Assembly (NCBI GenBank): GCA_951406725.2
Contig: OX597830.1
Location: 51,584,001-51,648,000 of the forward strand
Reading direction: 5' to 3'
DNA length: 64,000 nucleotides
Source: Octopus vulgaris
Lineage: Eukaryota
In this document: in pieces, positions 43,860 through 56,380 of the stretch
Layout: every line of letters begins with the position of its first letter
Position numbering within the stretch: position 1 is the first letter of the stretch
The notes under the pieces: generated by a model
Databases searched by the model: none
What the model saw: only the letters and a program-made list of their open reading frames with translations
Told to the model about the DNA's origin: nothing
Made by a program: the position numbers and the translations under genes

Positions 43860-46712
43860 GCGTACTGACGAATCTGCCAGCTAGCCACCTTACCATCAAT
43901 AATAATAATCCTTTCTACTAAAGGTCCAAGGCCTAAAATTTGGGAGAAGCGGACTAGTCGATTACATGACTCCAGTGTTTCACTGGTAATTAATTTGTCG
44001 ACCTCAAAAGGATGACATACGAAATCGACCTCCGGAGAATTTGATCTCAGAAGATAAAGACGGACGAAACGTCTCTAAGTATTATTTTACCAGCTCGACG
44101 CCTTCACAATAATAATCTTTTCTACTAAAGGCACAAAGCTTGGAATTTTAAGGTAGCGGACTAACCGATGACATCGACCCCAGTGTTTCACTGGTACTTA
44201 ATTTATCGACACTGAAAGGATGAAAGGCGAAGTACCAGTTACGGTGGATCTTGAACTCAGAACATAAAGATGATAAATATGCTACTAAGCATTTCACACG
44301 ATGTCGTAACGATTCTACTAGCTTGCAACTTTAGCCAATAAAAATGATATTAGGTATATGTAGAGGGGACGAGTTTGAACATCAAGGTTTCCGGTATAGG
44401 TGGTGAGTGCGGGAAATGGGTGAACGCATATTGGAGGACAAGTTTTCAACGTTGAATAGACAGAAAGGATGAAAGTAAGTAAAATAGAAATAATAATGAT
44501 CCTTTCTACTCTGGACACAAGGCCTGCAATTTTGGGGCTCGGACAATTACTTCGTCCCCAGAGTGCTTATTTTAACTTGAGGTTATTTTATCAACCTCGA
44601 AATGGAAAGTCGACATCGACGGAATTTGGACTCAGTTTGAGGGATGGGGGAAGGAAAATCGATAATAGCACCTCCAGTACTTCAAAGTTACGTTATCGAC
44701 CCCGAAAGGATGAAAAGAAACTTCAATATTGGCGGGGTTTGAAATCAGAACGTAACCAATTGTAATATATGGTATTCAATCTTTTGTCCGAGGCAGTTAC
44801 CACTCTGCCAAGTTCGCTACCTTTCTACAAGAGAAAGTAATCTTTTCTACTATATGCCCAATGCATGAAAATTTGGCGGGAGGGGAGGGGCAAGCCAATT
44901 ATGTCGATTCGGTGCTAGACGGGTAATTATTTTGTCAACCAGAGGAGGATGAAAGGCAAAGTCAACATTACAGGAATTTGAACTCAGCCTATAAAGGCAA
45001 TTTTGCCAACAATGAGAGTAGTTACTTTTGTATTATTTATATATTGTGCCAATACTTTAACACAATTGGAACTTCAATTCAGAAGAAATCTGAGAAAATG
45101 CAAAGAAAATAAGCACAATAATAACAACGTTTAAAGTGATTGTGGTTTTGAAAAGGTTTCATAGAATTGTCTCAATGTCGATATCTACCCAGTTCAAATT
45201 AAACGAATATTTCATGAGAAATTTATCAATATATCTATTTTTCAAACCTTTATTCCCATCACTATGAGTGTGGGTGTGTATGTATTTATATATTCGTACA
45301 TACATATATTGTTATCCGATTTTACATGGTGAATAGTTGGACAAAAGTGTTTGATATTTTTTGTTTTACGAAGAATTATAAAGGAATCTATAGAGAGCAG
45401 ACAATGCCTTTGAGGCTTACCAGTTTTGAGTTTAGCACGTGTAACGCATCTATCGGCCAACGGAAGAGTTGAAAACAAAACATCTGAATACCAAGGAACA
45501 TAAGAGCAACCAGTAAGGGAGAACTTCGGTGATGGCTACACATAGTAGAAACGCCAGCCAAATCTTCGTACAAAATTTCATCTTTTTGTTTAGATATGAT
45601 GGTCAAATTGAACAATGCAGTCGTAGAAATGGAAGCAGATGAGATGATTGAGACGGATTACCTCTCATTATAAATCTATCATTGTTATCAACAATAAATT
45701 GCACAGTATCTATGATTGTACAAAAATAGACTGAACAGTAAAAAAAATGTGCTATATGTCTACAGTGTCCCACTGTATCACATGTGTTCCCTCATTGTAT
45801 TACATTCATATAGAAATATTTGCACAATATAGACATTGCAGTATGTTGCAGAGATTTCATCAGGGGCCTAACCGTTTGAAGTGGACCTGTGGATAAATAA
45901 TAACCCTTTCTAATTTTTTCTAGTTTCAGCGCAACACCGGCGGTGGGTGAAGGAAAATCGATTCAATCGCCTCCGGGACTTCAATGTTACTTTGTTGACC
46001 CCGAAACAATGAAAGGCAAAGTTGACCTCGGCGATATTGAAACTCGGAGTGTACATTCGGAAGAAAAGCCGCTAAGCATTTCACCCAGCATGATAACGAT
46101 TCTTTTCTACTCTAGACACAAGGCCCGAAATTGTGGGGGAGGGTGTTAGTCGATTAGATCGACCCCAGTACGAAACTGATACTTAATTTATCGACTCCGA
46201 AAGGATGAAAGGCAAAGTCGACCTCGGCGGATTTTGAACTCAGAACGTAAAGACAGACGAAATACCTATTTCTTTACTACCCACAAGAGGTTAAACACTG
46301 AAAGGACAAACAAGGACAGACAAACTGATTAAGTCGATTATATCGACACCAGTGCGTAACTGCTACTTATTTAATCGACCCCGAAATGATGAAAGGCAAA
46401 GTCGACCTCGGCGGAATTTGAATTCAGCATGTAGAGGCAGACGAAATACCGCAAAGCATTTCACCCGGCGTGCTAACGTCTCTTATTTCTTTATTGCCCA
46501 CAAGGGGCTACACAAAGAGGGGACAAATGAGGACAGACAAACGGATTAAGTCGATTATTTCAACCCCATTACGTAACTGGTATTTATTTAATCGACCCCG
46601 AAAGGATGAAAGGCGAAGTCGACCTCGACGGATTTTGAACTCAGAACGTAACTGCAGACGAAATACTGCTAAGCATTTCGCCTGTCGCGCTAACGTTTCT
46701 GCCAACTCGCTG
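43860..46712 (-). mobile_element. Clusters of co-oriented major SINE copies (43860-45000 old and degenerate; 45900-46712 younger multimer)
   Basis: Repeated atcgaccccgaaaggatgaaaggcaaagtcgacc blocks. Confidence 0.85.
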
Positions 46713-49490
46713 CTTTTATGTATGTATGTATGTATGTATGTATGTATAAAACGTTTCTTTCAGTTGCTTGGATCGTGTAAATTGCAATCGGACATTACAT
46801 GATCCCCCAAATTTCCACACGTGTAGAGAATTAAGTATTTCAATATTCACCTGTAGGCATTCTTGGCTAAATATGCCTAGAATATTTTGACATGCTGCAC
46901 ATCACTAATCCTGCTGCGAAGGCATGAAGGCTTTACTAATGCATTTCATTATTTCTGTAAAGCTTCAGAAATTTCCCGTCAGTTCAATAGGTAGTAGGTA
47001 AATATTTAATTTTGACTTATATCGCTTCAAGAAAGATAACGGCTTTATTTGAATAACTGAAATCCACGTGCCTCCTTCGCCACTGTCACTTCATTAACCA
47101 CTCCCGTCAATAGTTCGAAGAAAACTAATACAATGGCTCCATGATAAAATTACAATGACGTCACTAGATCAACAGCAAATCAATGTTCAACATATTCCAG
47201 TGACGTTATTCAACACCTACAATGTTATCAGTAATTCTACTTTACACACCCATAGAGTCGGGTGCAGGCTAAGAATTAGGGCTTACAAATGAACTAATTC
47301 TCATATGAAGGAGAGCTCTTGGGAACTCGGCCAGTATCCGGAAATTAGAAGAATGATATCATAAAGAAAAAAAACTAGAACCGTATACACTCTCATTTGA
47401 AAGGAATTTATAAATCTTTTTTTTTTTTTACAGAACCGGATTTATTTGTTCAATTAGAGAAAAAGCGCTTTAATTGAGTTTTGGGGGTTATCTCATACCC
47501 GCCATGATCAGAATTATGACACGTGGGGAGTCAGCCTCACAAATAGGTGCTCGACATATCTTTTTCTTCCTACGCTCTTTTTTTGTTTTTCTTTTGACCA
47601 TTTCGATATTTTGTTTGTATGAGTGGTGGGAGGTTATTGTTATGCAACTTGGTCAGTGTTCACTCAGAATAGTTTGAGCCAGCTCCAGCCAGAGACTACA
47701 AAATCAAGAAAATACACCGTTATGTAGCTGATGAGGATATCTCTTCCATCTTTGCCTTGGCCCTTGGCAATTGCAGTTGCATCAATTGATAGGATGCTTT
47801 CAAAATATTTATATTGCTTATATTTTACTGTGCATAAGCGAGCATTGTTGATCTGGGTGAGAGATATAAAATAGATTTAGAGTAGAATCTCCCAAGTTAT
47901 TATACTCACTGGTTACGATGCCCCAAGTTATTCCATTCACTGACACTCCATATTTAATTTAATTTGATTTATTAACATTTCAGGGTTCTCTTTTTTTGCG
48001 TTTTTTTTCATTAGAATTAGAAATCTATATGAAAATTGTTCTAATCTTTAAGGTTATAATTTTGATTTATTATAATTTGTTGTCTTATGATATCAAGTAG
48101 ATATCGAGTCTTCAGAGTAAAGCTCGGACGATATTGTGCAGTAGATACCCCTGAGTGTATTGTATCAGTAATTAGGTTTATTTGTTAGAAGTAGCAACCA
48201 AATCTTCCTCAAATCAAAGTTTTGTTATTTTAAAGAAGAAAGAACACAAGAGATGATATAACAAGCAAATCAAAGTTTACTAAGAGAGAGCCTCTGTTAG
48301 GCAACTTGACTTGTTAGAATTAGCAACCAAATCTTTCTCAAATCGCAGCTTTGTTTTCTTAAAATATAGTTTTTATTTAAAAAAAAGACGAGTTTTTTCT
48401 TATTACTCCTGGTCATATGTCTGCTGTAACAGGATAGATACGTAACTAAACCACAGCCCCCGCCACAACAACAACGTAACAGACGACAGTTCCTCTTACG
48501 TGAGTATTGGATTTCATTAGTGAAAAGTGGTATTGTTATTACAACACTGACCGAGGTGGTCAAATAGACAAACAGGTTTCCGTCATTTATTGAAACTCTA
48601 CTCAGGTCTACGACAATTCTGATCGCTTTCGCAAATAAGATATGATACATACTTTAAATTTGATGAGCCTCAAGAAGAAGAGATGTAAATATGAACAACA
48701 CATTTAGAAATATCTATTCTATTATTTCCATGTGATCGTTTATTACTTTTTGTTTGGGAATTCACACACGTTATACAATGCAAATTAGTATAAAAGATGA
48801 TATAAAAACAGAATAAATACAACGCTGACAAGAACGGAGAAGGTCAATAGTCGATAAGGCGTCAAATAATAGAAAGCAGCAAAAGTTGATTGTCAAGTGC
48901 ATTGTTATTAAAACTTGTGGTTTGTTTATTAAGACTTTCAATGTCATTACTGTCAGTTTTTGTACTTCCTTTTTAAAGCAGTGCACAATGGATTAGAGGA
49001 CTGCTACCTCGCTTCCACCACACCATCCCACCACTTTCATCTATAATCAGATGTGGCCTGTTATTTCTCAAAGATAAATGATACATTGACAAAAGGGACA
49101 ATTGCAGCTCCCAGTGACACGTTCCAAATATTCACGTAATGTCAAGAACAATTTTTTTTTGTAGATCCATGCAATAATAATTAAGATTCTATGAAAGTGA
49201 TTGAGAAAAAAAAATTATCTGAATATTTCAAGGTTGCCTGTGTTATTGACGAAAGGCGACTTTAGACATTGATACAAATTCCAATTTGGCAACAATCTCA
49301 GGACAGCATTGGTAAACATTGTACCCTAAAGAATAAGTCAGCTTTCAAAACAAGAAAATATCAAACAATTGACGACCATTAAGTAATCAAGAGTTGGAAT
49401 ATATTTTATTTTTCTCGAGTATTGGTCACTGCTTATCTACGAGAGAGACTGTACCTTATCACGTGACTTGTTGAATAACAGACTTCAAAG

Positions 49491-49906
49491 CGTAAAGTAT
49501 AATAGCCATCTCAATATGGCTAACCACTAAGGGTGGGTGTTACTGTAGCTTTTAGCCCCAGGAGATCATCATCTCCAGCTGGCTTTAGGCACACTATCTA
49601 TGCCCTTGTGGTATTTGCAAAGGGAGGTCATCCCTCTCTCGTAAACCTAAGTGATACGCACGGACTGCAGTTTCGAGGTATTTGCCTCTTGTCAACGCAC
49701 GGTAATCACCGGTTTACGATGAAAAGGAAGACTTGTTTGCAAATACTTATGGGTTTTTCTAGTAACTTCCGTCACCATAAGGGCACAGATAGTGTGCCTA
49801 AAGCCAGCTGGAGATGATGTTCTCCTGGGGCTAAAATCTACAGTAACACCCACCCTTAGTGGTTAGCCATATTGAGATGGCTATTATACTTTACGTTGTA
49901 GAGCGG
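49491..49906 (-). mobile_element. Palindromic ~405-bp element with 122-bp inverted arms and a central hammerhead motif
   Basis: Arms 49491-49612 and 49774-49895 (4 mismatches); direct repeat agacttcaaagc 49480-49491 / 49907-49918. Confidence 0.8.
49657..49701 (-). ncRNA. Type-I hammerhead motif with palindromic stem III; core box altered (TTGACAA)
   Basis: cgtgcg-TTGACAA-GAGG-caaata-CCTC-GAAA-CTGCAG-TC-cgtgcg. Confidence 0.7.
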
Positions 49907-50229
49907 AGACTTCAAAGCAAATTCTTAAAAAGGTGGTGCGGCACGACTGGAGAGCCTTTCAACCTAATATCGTTAACTAGTGCGCTAAATAACAGCAATA
50001 AAATTATCCTAAGTCGTCAGATCAATTCCTCAGCAGAATCCCACTTTGTGACCCTTGAGCAAGGTACTTAATTTCATGTTTCTCCTGTTTACTCAGCTGT
50101 AATGAGTACCTGTTAGATGCTGGTGCTGCAGCATCTAAATGGTGGCAGTTTCATGTTAGCAACGTACAGAGTCCTAGTGGTGCATAAGAGTGATGGTCTT
50201 CTCAAGAAAACTATAGGTGTTGATAAGGA

Positions 50230-50705
50230 TGAAGTAACTGGTCTCTTTCGGAAGCCTTTCAGGCCGCTTCTATAATGGATAATTTCCAGAAATCCTCAGC
50301 CTGGTAATGCAACTGAAGGAGCACTACCGGTTCGAGCTAAACTCTACAGACACGAAAACTATTATATACGTGTGGAAGATCCAGAAGGGACATCTAAACA
50401 TCGGCATTAAATCGAATTTTAATGCTCAAACTGGTAGGTACTGTCAACTTCCAAATATGCCATCTTCAAACTCGCGAGCAAAAACATTCTACTGTACCAG
50501 TTTAATATTCAGAATTCCTCAAGTGTTCAACTGCTTGTCCAAAACGATTATGAAAGGGACCTCTACTGAAACTTTCAAAAACATCATTAGATGAACTCCT
50601 AACGATACCAGACCAACCAACAAACTATTCAAGGATACAATCAGGTGAGGTCAGCAGCCACAAACGCGACCATCGACCAACTTTCAATCATAAACCGACA
50701 AGAAA
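50230..50705 (+). mobile_element. CR1/L2-group LINE 3' coding end
   Basis: IIYVWKIQKG..TGRYC..PQVFNCL..FKNII..IPDQP motif typical of mollusc CR1-like C-termini. Confidence 0.7.
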
Positions 50706-50852
50706 ACTAAAAAAAAAAGATTAGATTAAATTAAGGCGGTGCTCCAGCATAGCCGCAGTCCGATGATGGAAATCATTTAAAGGAATAAAAGACAGAATTA
50801 TTTTTATGTTATTGTCATCATTATCACATAATAAACAAGTAGTCTGCAACAA

Positions 50853-51013
50853 TAGGTGCAGGAGTGACTGTGTGGTAAGTAGCTTGCTTACGAAACACAT
50901 GGTCCCAGGTTCAGTCGCACTGCATGGCACCTTGGGCAAGTGTCTTCTTTATAGCCTCGGGCCGACCAAAACCTTGTGAGTAGATTTGGTAGACGAAAAC
51001 TTGAAGAAACATT

Positions 51014-51064
<51 letters not shown>

Positions 51065-51533
51065 GGGCTCCCAAATAAGGATGCCAAGTGCTAGGGACAC
51101 AAAAAAGGGATAAATTCATCGAGAGTGAAAATCAAAAACAGTTACCATTAACGATATATCCCGGACTGATCAGTTTCTACCTCTTTCTAGCAAAACAGAC
51201 AGAATATGTTTGCTAAGGCCGATTTCATCAGCGAGACGCCTTTGTTAATACGAGATGCACAGAGCGTTAGACCATGTGTTGATCTAAACAATTTGTAAAC
51301 CTTAACTTTTCAAACTTCTGCGCAGACGCAAAATCTACCCGGTGATATAGGGCATGCCGGGAAGAAAAATTACGAACAAATCTATCAAGTAATATGTGAA
51401 TATAATCAAAAAAGGGTAATAACATAGATTACTACCAGTGGCCCAGCACAAAAGACGAATTAGTCATTAGACAAAATATTATTCATATAGAAATATGTGC
51501 ATCTCGAATTAACAAAGGCGTCTCGCTGATATA

Positions 51534-51600
<67 letters not shown>

Positions 51601-52028
51601 CAGCGAGACGCCTTTGTTAATTCGAGATGCATATATTTCTATATATTTTCTCCCACTTTTTCTTCGGTTGGCCTGCTCGCTTAGCCAGCGGGGTGGCGTC
51701 ATTCGAAGGCTAAAACAATGCGAACGCATTGTGACCAGCGATGTGTAACAACATCTGATAGTCTGGTCGGTCACGTGATATCACGTGACGTGATATATAT
51801 ATATGTATGTATTAAGTGCGTGTATATGTTTGTGTGTCTGTGTTTGTCCCCCCAACATCGCTTGACAACCGATGCTTGTGTGTTTACGTCCCCGTAACTT
51901 AGTGGTTCGGCAAAAGATATTGATAGGCTTACAAAGAATAAGCTCTGGGGTCAATTTGCTCAACTAAGGGTGGTGCACCAGCATGGCCACAGTCAAATGA
52001 CTGAAACAACTAAAAGAGTAAAAAGACT
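50853..52028 (+). mobile_element. Second-family SINE split in its (TA)n by a nested Penelope-like insert (51060-51650) and a short retroposon tail (51664-51795)
   Basis: Head at 50853-51015 and tail at 51810-52028 match the intact copy at 33170-33622. Confidence 0.75.
51158..51237 (-). ncRNA. Type-I hammerhead motif with perfect core and long stem II
   Basis: gtctcg-CTGATGA-aatcg-gcct-tagcaaa..tttgcta-gaaag-aggt-a-GAAA-CTGATCAG-TC-cgggat. Confidence 0.7.
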
Positions 52029-53398
52029 AACACAGAAGGTCGTACTGTCACGCACTGACTTATTTCCTTCCGCCTTAGGTCCTGAGATGTGACAGGGTTA
52101 GCAGTTCCACTACTTGTCAGTATTTTGGCTAAACCGCCACAATTTGGTAAATACTTACAACCCTAGAATCTGTTTACTTGTAGCAGAAGGAAACTTTTCA
52201 TTGTAAGGTTGTAAGTTCCTGGAAACAAGGTATCTTTGTTAACCAGAATGTGAAAATGAGACGCTCCACTGGATTACAGGTAATAAAATAAATGTATATA
52301 ACAATTAACAGAGCGGTGTGGTAAAATCACAACTTAAAAGCTATGAATTATACGCTGACAGTTAAACAAATAAAGACTTGTAACTCTTATAAGAACCTAT
52401 TTGTCAGCGACATAGTTTTTTTTTACGCTCCATTTCAAGGAAACATGACCAAATTATGACAAACATTTCAGCGAGTAAGCGTATGATCAGTCATGATGGG
52501 ACACCACTTTAAAGAGTTTAGTCGAACAAATCGATCCCAGTATTTATTTTTCAAGTCTGGCTCTTATTCTATCGGATAAATTTCTTGACCTGCTAAGTTA
52601 CGTGGATGTATACTAACCAACACCGGTTGTAAGAGACAACCCCAATCCGAAAAATCACACGCATAGATATGCACATACATACACACACATGAATATGTGT
52701 GTGTGTGTGTGTGTGTACGACAGGCTTCTTTTATTTACCGTCTACCAAATGTATTTACAAGACTTTGGTCAGCCCGGGCCAATAGTAGAAAACAGATCAA
52801 GGTACCATTCGATGGAACTGAACGCGAAACCTTGTGGTTGAGAAGCAAGCTTCTTACCACACCGGCACGCCTACGCCTATGTATTGGTTTCAGATTTTGT
52901 CACAAAGCCAGCAAGTTCGGGAGAGAGCGGTGGTAAGTCTATTATATTGACCCCAGTGCTCAACCGGTTTTTATTTTATCGACCCCGAAAGGAAGAAATG
53001 AAACTTCGTTGTTTGGTGGAACTTGAACTCAGAGCGCAAAGACGGCCAATTTGTCGCTAAGCCTTTTGCCCGACGTGCTAACGACCGTGCAAGCTTGCCA
53101 CCCTCCGGAGCCTAAGTTTATATTATAGTAACCTATTTAAACATACTTACTCTTCCTTCAAAACTAATTAATCAAGGACTAGTGACAGATATAATTCCAA
53201 TACGTTTTAAAACAGTGTTGTGCTCTATTTCCCCCATATAAATATCTATGTTCTTTCTAACACATTTGGGTTAGCAGACCCAAAATGTCTGCTGTACAAA
53301 TATCGTTCTTGTTTTTGTTGTTATTGTTATTGTTCGTGTTGTTGTTCACGTTGTTGAGTAACACCAGGTCTACCGTGATCGAAAAGTGCTAGAAACAG

Positions 53399-53472
53399 CA
53401 CTTTTATTTATCCAGACACTTTTATTTATCCGGACACTTTTATTTATCCAGACACTTTTATTTATCCGGACA
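53399..53472. repeat. 18-bp minisatellite x4 with alternating ccaga/ccgga (36-bp higher-order period)
   Basis: cacttttatttatcc(a/g)ga read directly. Confidence 0.95.
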
Positions 53473-54065
53473 TGGTGTAACCTGTAATTTATTAAGGGAA
53501 TGAATCGCAAATAATTCCTTATTTATGCAAACCAGATTCCCAAGTTTAGTGAGATCTTTAACTTTAGAAGCTATAAGAACAACGACACTCATTGTAGACA
53601 GTTACATACGGATGCACATTTCTAGGAGAGATTTTCAAGGCTTTGAATTCGGTTAGACCGACCATTCTCCGTCTACAAAGAAACACTATAAACAAAACAA
53701 AGAAAACGACGTTTACAATTAATCGTTTAATTAAGCACGAATTTTCAAGTTAATTACTCTAAATTAACTCTTAAGTATTATTACATTGAAACAAACGCTG
53801 GTTAACTTGTCATGGATTAGTGTAGTTTAAGATAACCATATTCAAAGCATCCTTCCTTTTCAGAATATATAGTGTGATTTATAGGAAACGTGGATTCTAT
53901 TTCGAACCGAATGCGCCCTCTGACGGCAACATTGAGGTGACTTCTTTGTTTCAGGAAGCAACCGAACTAAAATGAGTGAAGATAGAATATTTAATACTTT
54001 ACTGTATTTTATAGACTCTGGTATCAAACTGAATAAGATATGAGTTTAAATGTGTTTCTTTAATG

Positions 54066-54615
54066 TGTTGTGTCTGGGGAGAGTCATTCTCTTTTTGTGC
54101 CTTATTATGTAACATACTCACCGGTAAAATTTCCACTTTTTTTTTCTTATTTTTATTGTCCTAAAATTTTCGTTGCGTCTTGCAACCTTTTCAATAGAGA
54201 GTCAAAACTATTGAAAAGGTTGCAAGACGCAACGAAAATTTTAGGACAATAAAAAAAAAAAAGAAAAAAGTGGAAATTTTGCCGGTGAGTGTGTTACATA
54301 ATGAGGCACAAAAAGAGAATGACTCTCCCCAGACACAACAGAATATGCTTCAACACACGAACTCATATAAAGAATCTTTCAAACCAAATCCAACAACGAA
54401 ATATAATAATCTTTAATGTGTGTTATACCAAAAAAGGAAATAACAGAAAACATGTGACGTAGTGACGAAGTGAAATGCAAACTACGATCGCCGACTGAAG
54501 ATAATATGCTAGTCTGTACCATATTTCCGCTAATTGCTTTGGGTGTCCTTGTAGTCGCGAGTAGACGCAGATTTACTGAGGTGTTGACCCAGCGAAAAAT
54601 CCTGGTTGTGACGGA
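54066..54615. mobile_element. ~132-bp near-perfect fold-back (10-nt loop) with a ~275-bp one-sided extension
   Basis: Arms 54066-54197 and 54208-54340; extension boundary approximate. Confidence 0.7.
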
Positions 54616-55986
54616 AAGAAATGTTTCTTTATTACCCACAAGGGGCTAAACATAGAGGAAACAAACAAGAACAGACAAACGAATGAAGTCAATTACATCA
54701 ACCCCAGTGCGTAACTGGTACTTAATTTATCGTCCCCGAAAAGATGAAAGGCAAAGTCGACCTCAGCGGAATTTGAACTCAGAACGTAACGGCAGTCGAA
54801 ATACGGCTACGCATTTCGCCCGTCGTGCTAACGGTTCTGAGAAATGGAGCTGTGCTGGCTCTGGTTCCTAATGACAAAATGGCAAAGTTGACCCCGGGCA
54901 GATTTTAGCCAGAATAATTATCGCTCTCCATTCCCTTGACCCTCTAACGACTTTGGTACTCAGTCACCTTCATTGAAAGAAACTGCGACGCTACATTAAA
55001 ACATTGTGATCTCGCGTATTAGTTTGTAGCCAAGTTTTTAATATTCTCTTCATATGATCCTTGGAAAAATACGAACGTGTTACTGTACTCTTACAATTAT
55101 CCCATCATCACTTCAAAATGTATGAAACATTTGAGTCCAATCCAAAGACGTCAGAAACAGATATTCTCAGTTAAAAATTAAGCCCCTAAGTTACGTTTAT
55201 TTATATATTTAAATATTTATCTTATTTATTTATTTGTAGAGCCCCCAGCCAAATGTACGTATGTAAAAGTAAATTGGTATAAATGTTGTGCTCACGGATA
55301 AGGTAGGCGTGCTTAAACTATAGGTTCGATTTCCATTTGAATCAGTTCCCTGACTTCTATTATTGTTGTTTAACCTCAAGTCAACCCTGTTCGAGCTCAC
55401 CTATGGTCGGAAACGTTCCATCCATGTCTATACTATCATCTACATTATCGAAAGTTTCATTCCCTTCTTTTAGAGGGAACGTGATTTGAAAGTATATGGC
55501 TGCTATTTCTAACAAATCGGGCTCTCACGTACTGAGGTCTCCCTGTTATTGTTCGTGTTCAGCTCTATGTTATCCCTCTTGAAGGAGACCTATGATCAAA
55601 GCATTCCAGACATGTCCATTCGTCCTTTGATGGCACGATACACCCTAAACCACGTTATTCAGTTTGTCCTGAAGTGCAATTTGAGAGAGATTTGGCTACT
55701 ATTTCTAGCAGAATGGTTGTCCATGTCGATGCTCGTTCAATGGTTATTACCCATTTTCTGTCGTCGTTCTCATTGCTCTTGCTGTTGGTGTGCCTACCTT
55801 GATCATCTTTCCATTTTGTAAATGAACGGTGTGTCCTTTGCGTAAAGCCGTAGCTTTATTTTTGAAAGAAATTTGGTTGCTATGGTTAACAGGCTGAATG
55901 AGCCATAGCGGTTACTAAGCAAGTTATTTGCAGAGCATATTAAATGTTAAGAGGCTGAATAGTAGCCTTGGAATTGAAAACTTACT

Positions 55987-56380
55987 GGATGGGATGGAAG
56001 CACTCCGTCGGTAACGACGATGAGGGTTCCGGTTGATCCGAATCAACGGAACAGCCTGCTCGTGAAATTAACGTGTAAGTGGCTGAGCACTCCACAGACA
56101 CGTGCAACCTTAACGTAGTTCTCGGGGATATTCAGCGTGACACAGAGAGTGACAAGGCCGGCCCCTTGAAATACAGGTACAACAGAAACAGGAAGTAAGA
56201 GTGAGAGAAAGTTGTGGTGAAAGAGTACAGCAGGGATCACCACCATCCCCTGCCGGAGCCTCGTGGAGCTTTTAGGTGTTTTCGCTCAATAAACACTCAC
56301 AACGCCCGGTCTGGGAATCGAAACCGCGATCCTACGACCGCGAGTCCGCTGCCCTGACCACTGGGCCATTGCGCCTCCAC
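55987..56380 (-). mobile_element. Full-length tRNA-SINE (head A + tail Y) with 12-bp TSD
   Basis: TSD tgaaaacttact 55975-55986 / 56381-56392; tail ends ccatcccatcc on the minus strand. Confidence 0.9.

Larger units (their letters stand above)
36930..45581 (-). pseudogene. Heavily decayed LRR receptor (Toll-like?) gene remnants
   Basis: Signal-peptide exon 45581-45421 (MKFCTKIWLAFLLCVAITEVLP..; GTAAG donor); exon 42340-42127 (NCKIKGL..PVPRTCIEL..LPTLILDH); exon 40083-39969 (EGLF..NKLQHLI); LRR-like ELIFSRDELL/ISNNLLKKI/IKSMNRFVF at 39700-39300; hydrophobic TM-like stretch at ~37200. Confidence 0.3.

Noticed and set aside
43081-43884. Longest ORF in the track (267 aa, +)
   Set aside because: Begins in a SINE fragment and is the antisense shadow of the minus-strand ORF1-like frame
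47727-47760. CTGATGAG hammerhead-like box
   Set aside because: No downstream stem II-GAAA-NUH and no stem I pairing; same for CTGACGA at ~28914
56300-56380. tRNA gene candidates (also 35310-35390, 60460-60536)
   Set aside because: They are SINE heads continuous with SINE bodies and bounded by TSDs
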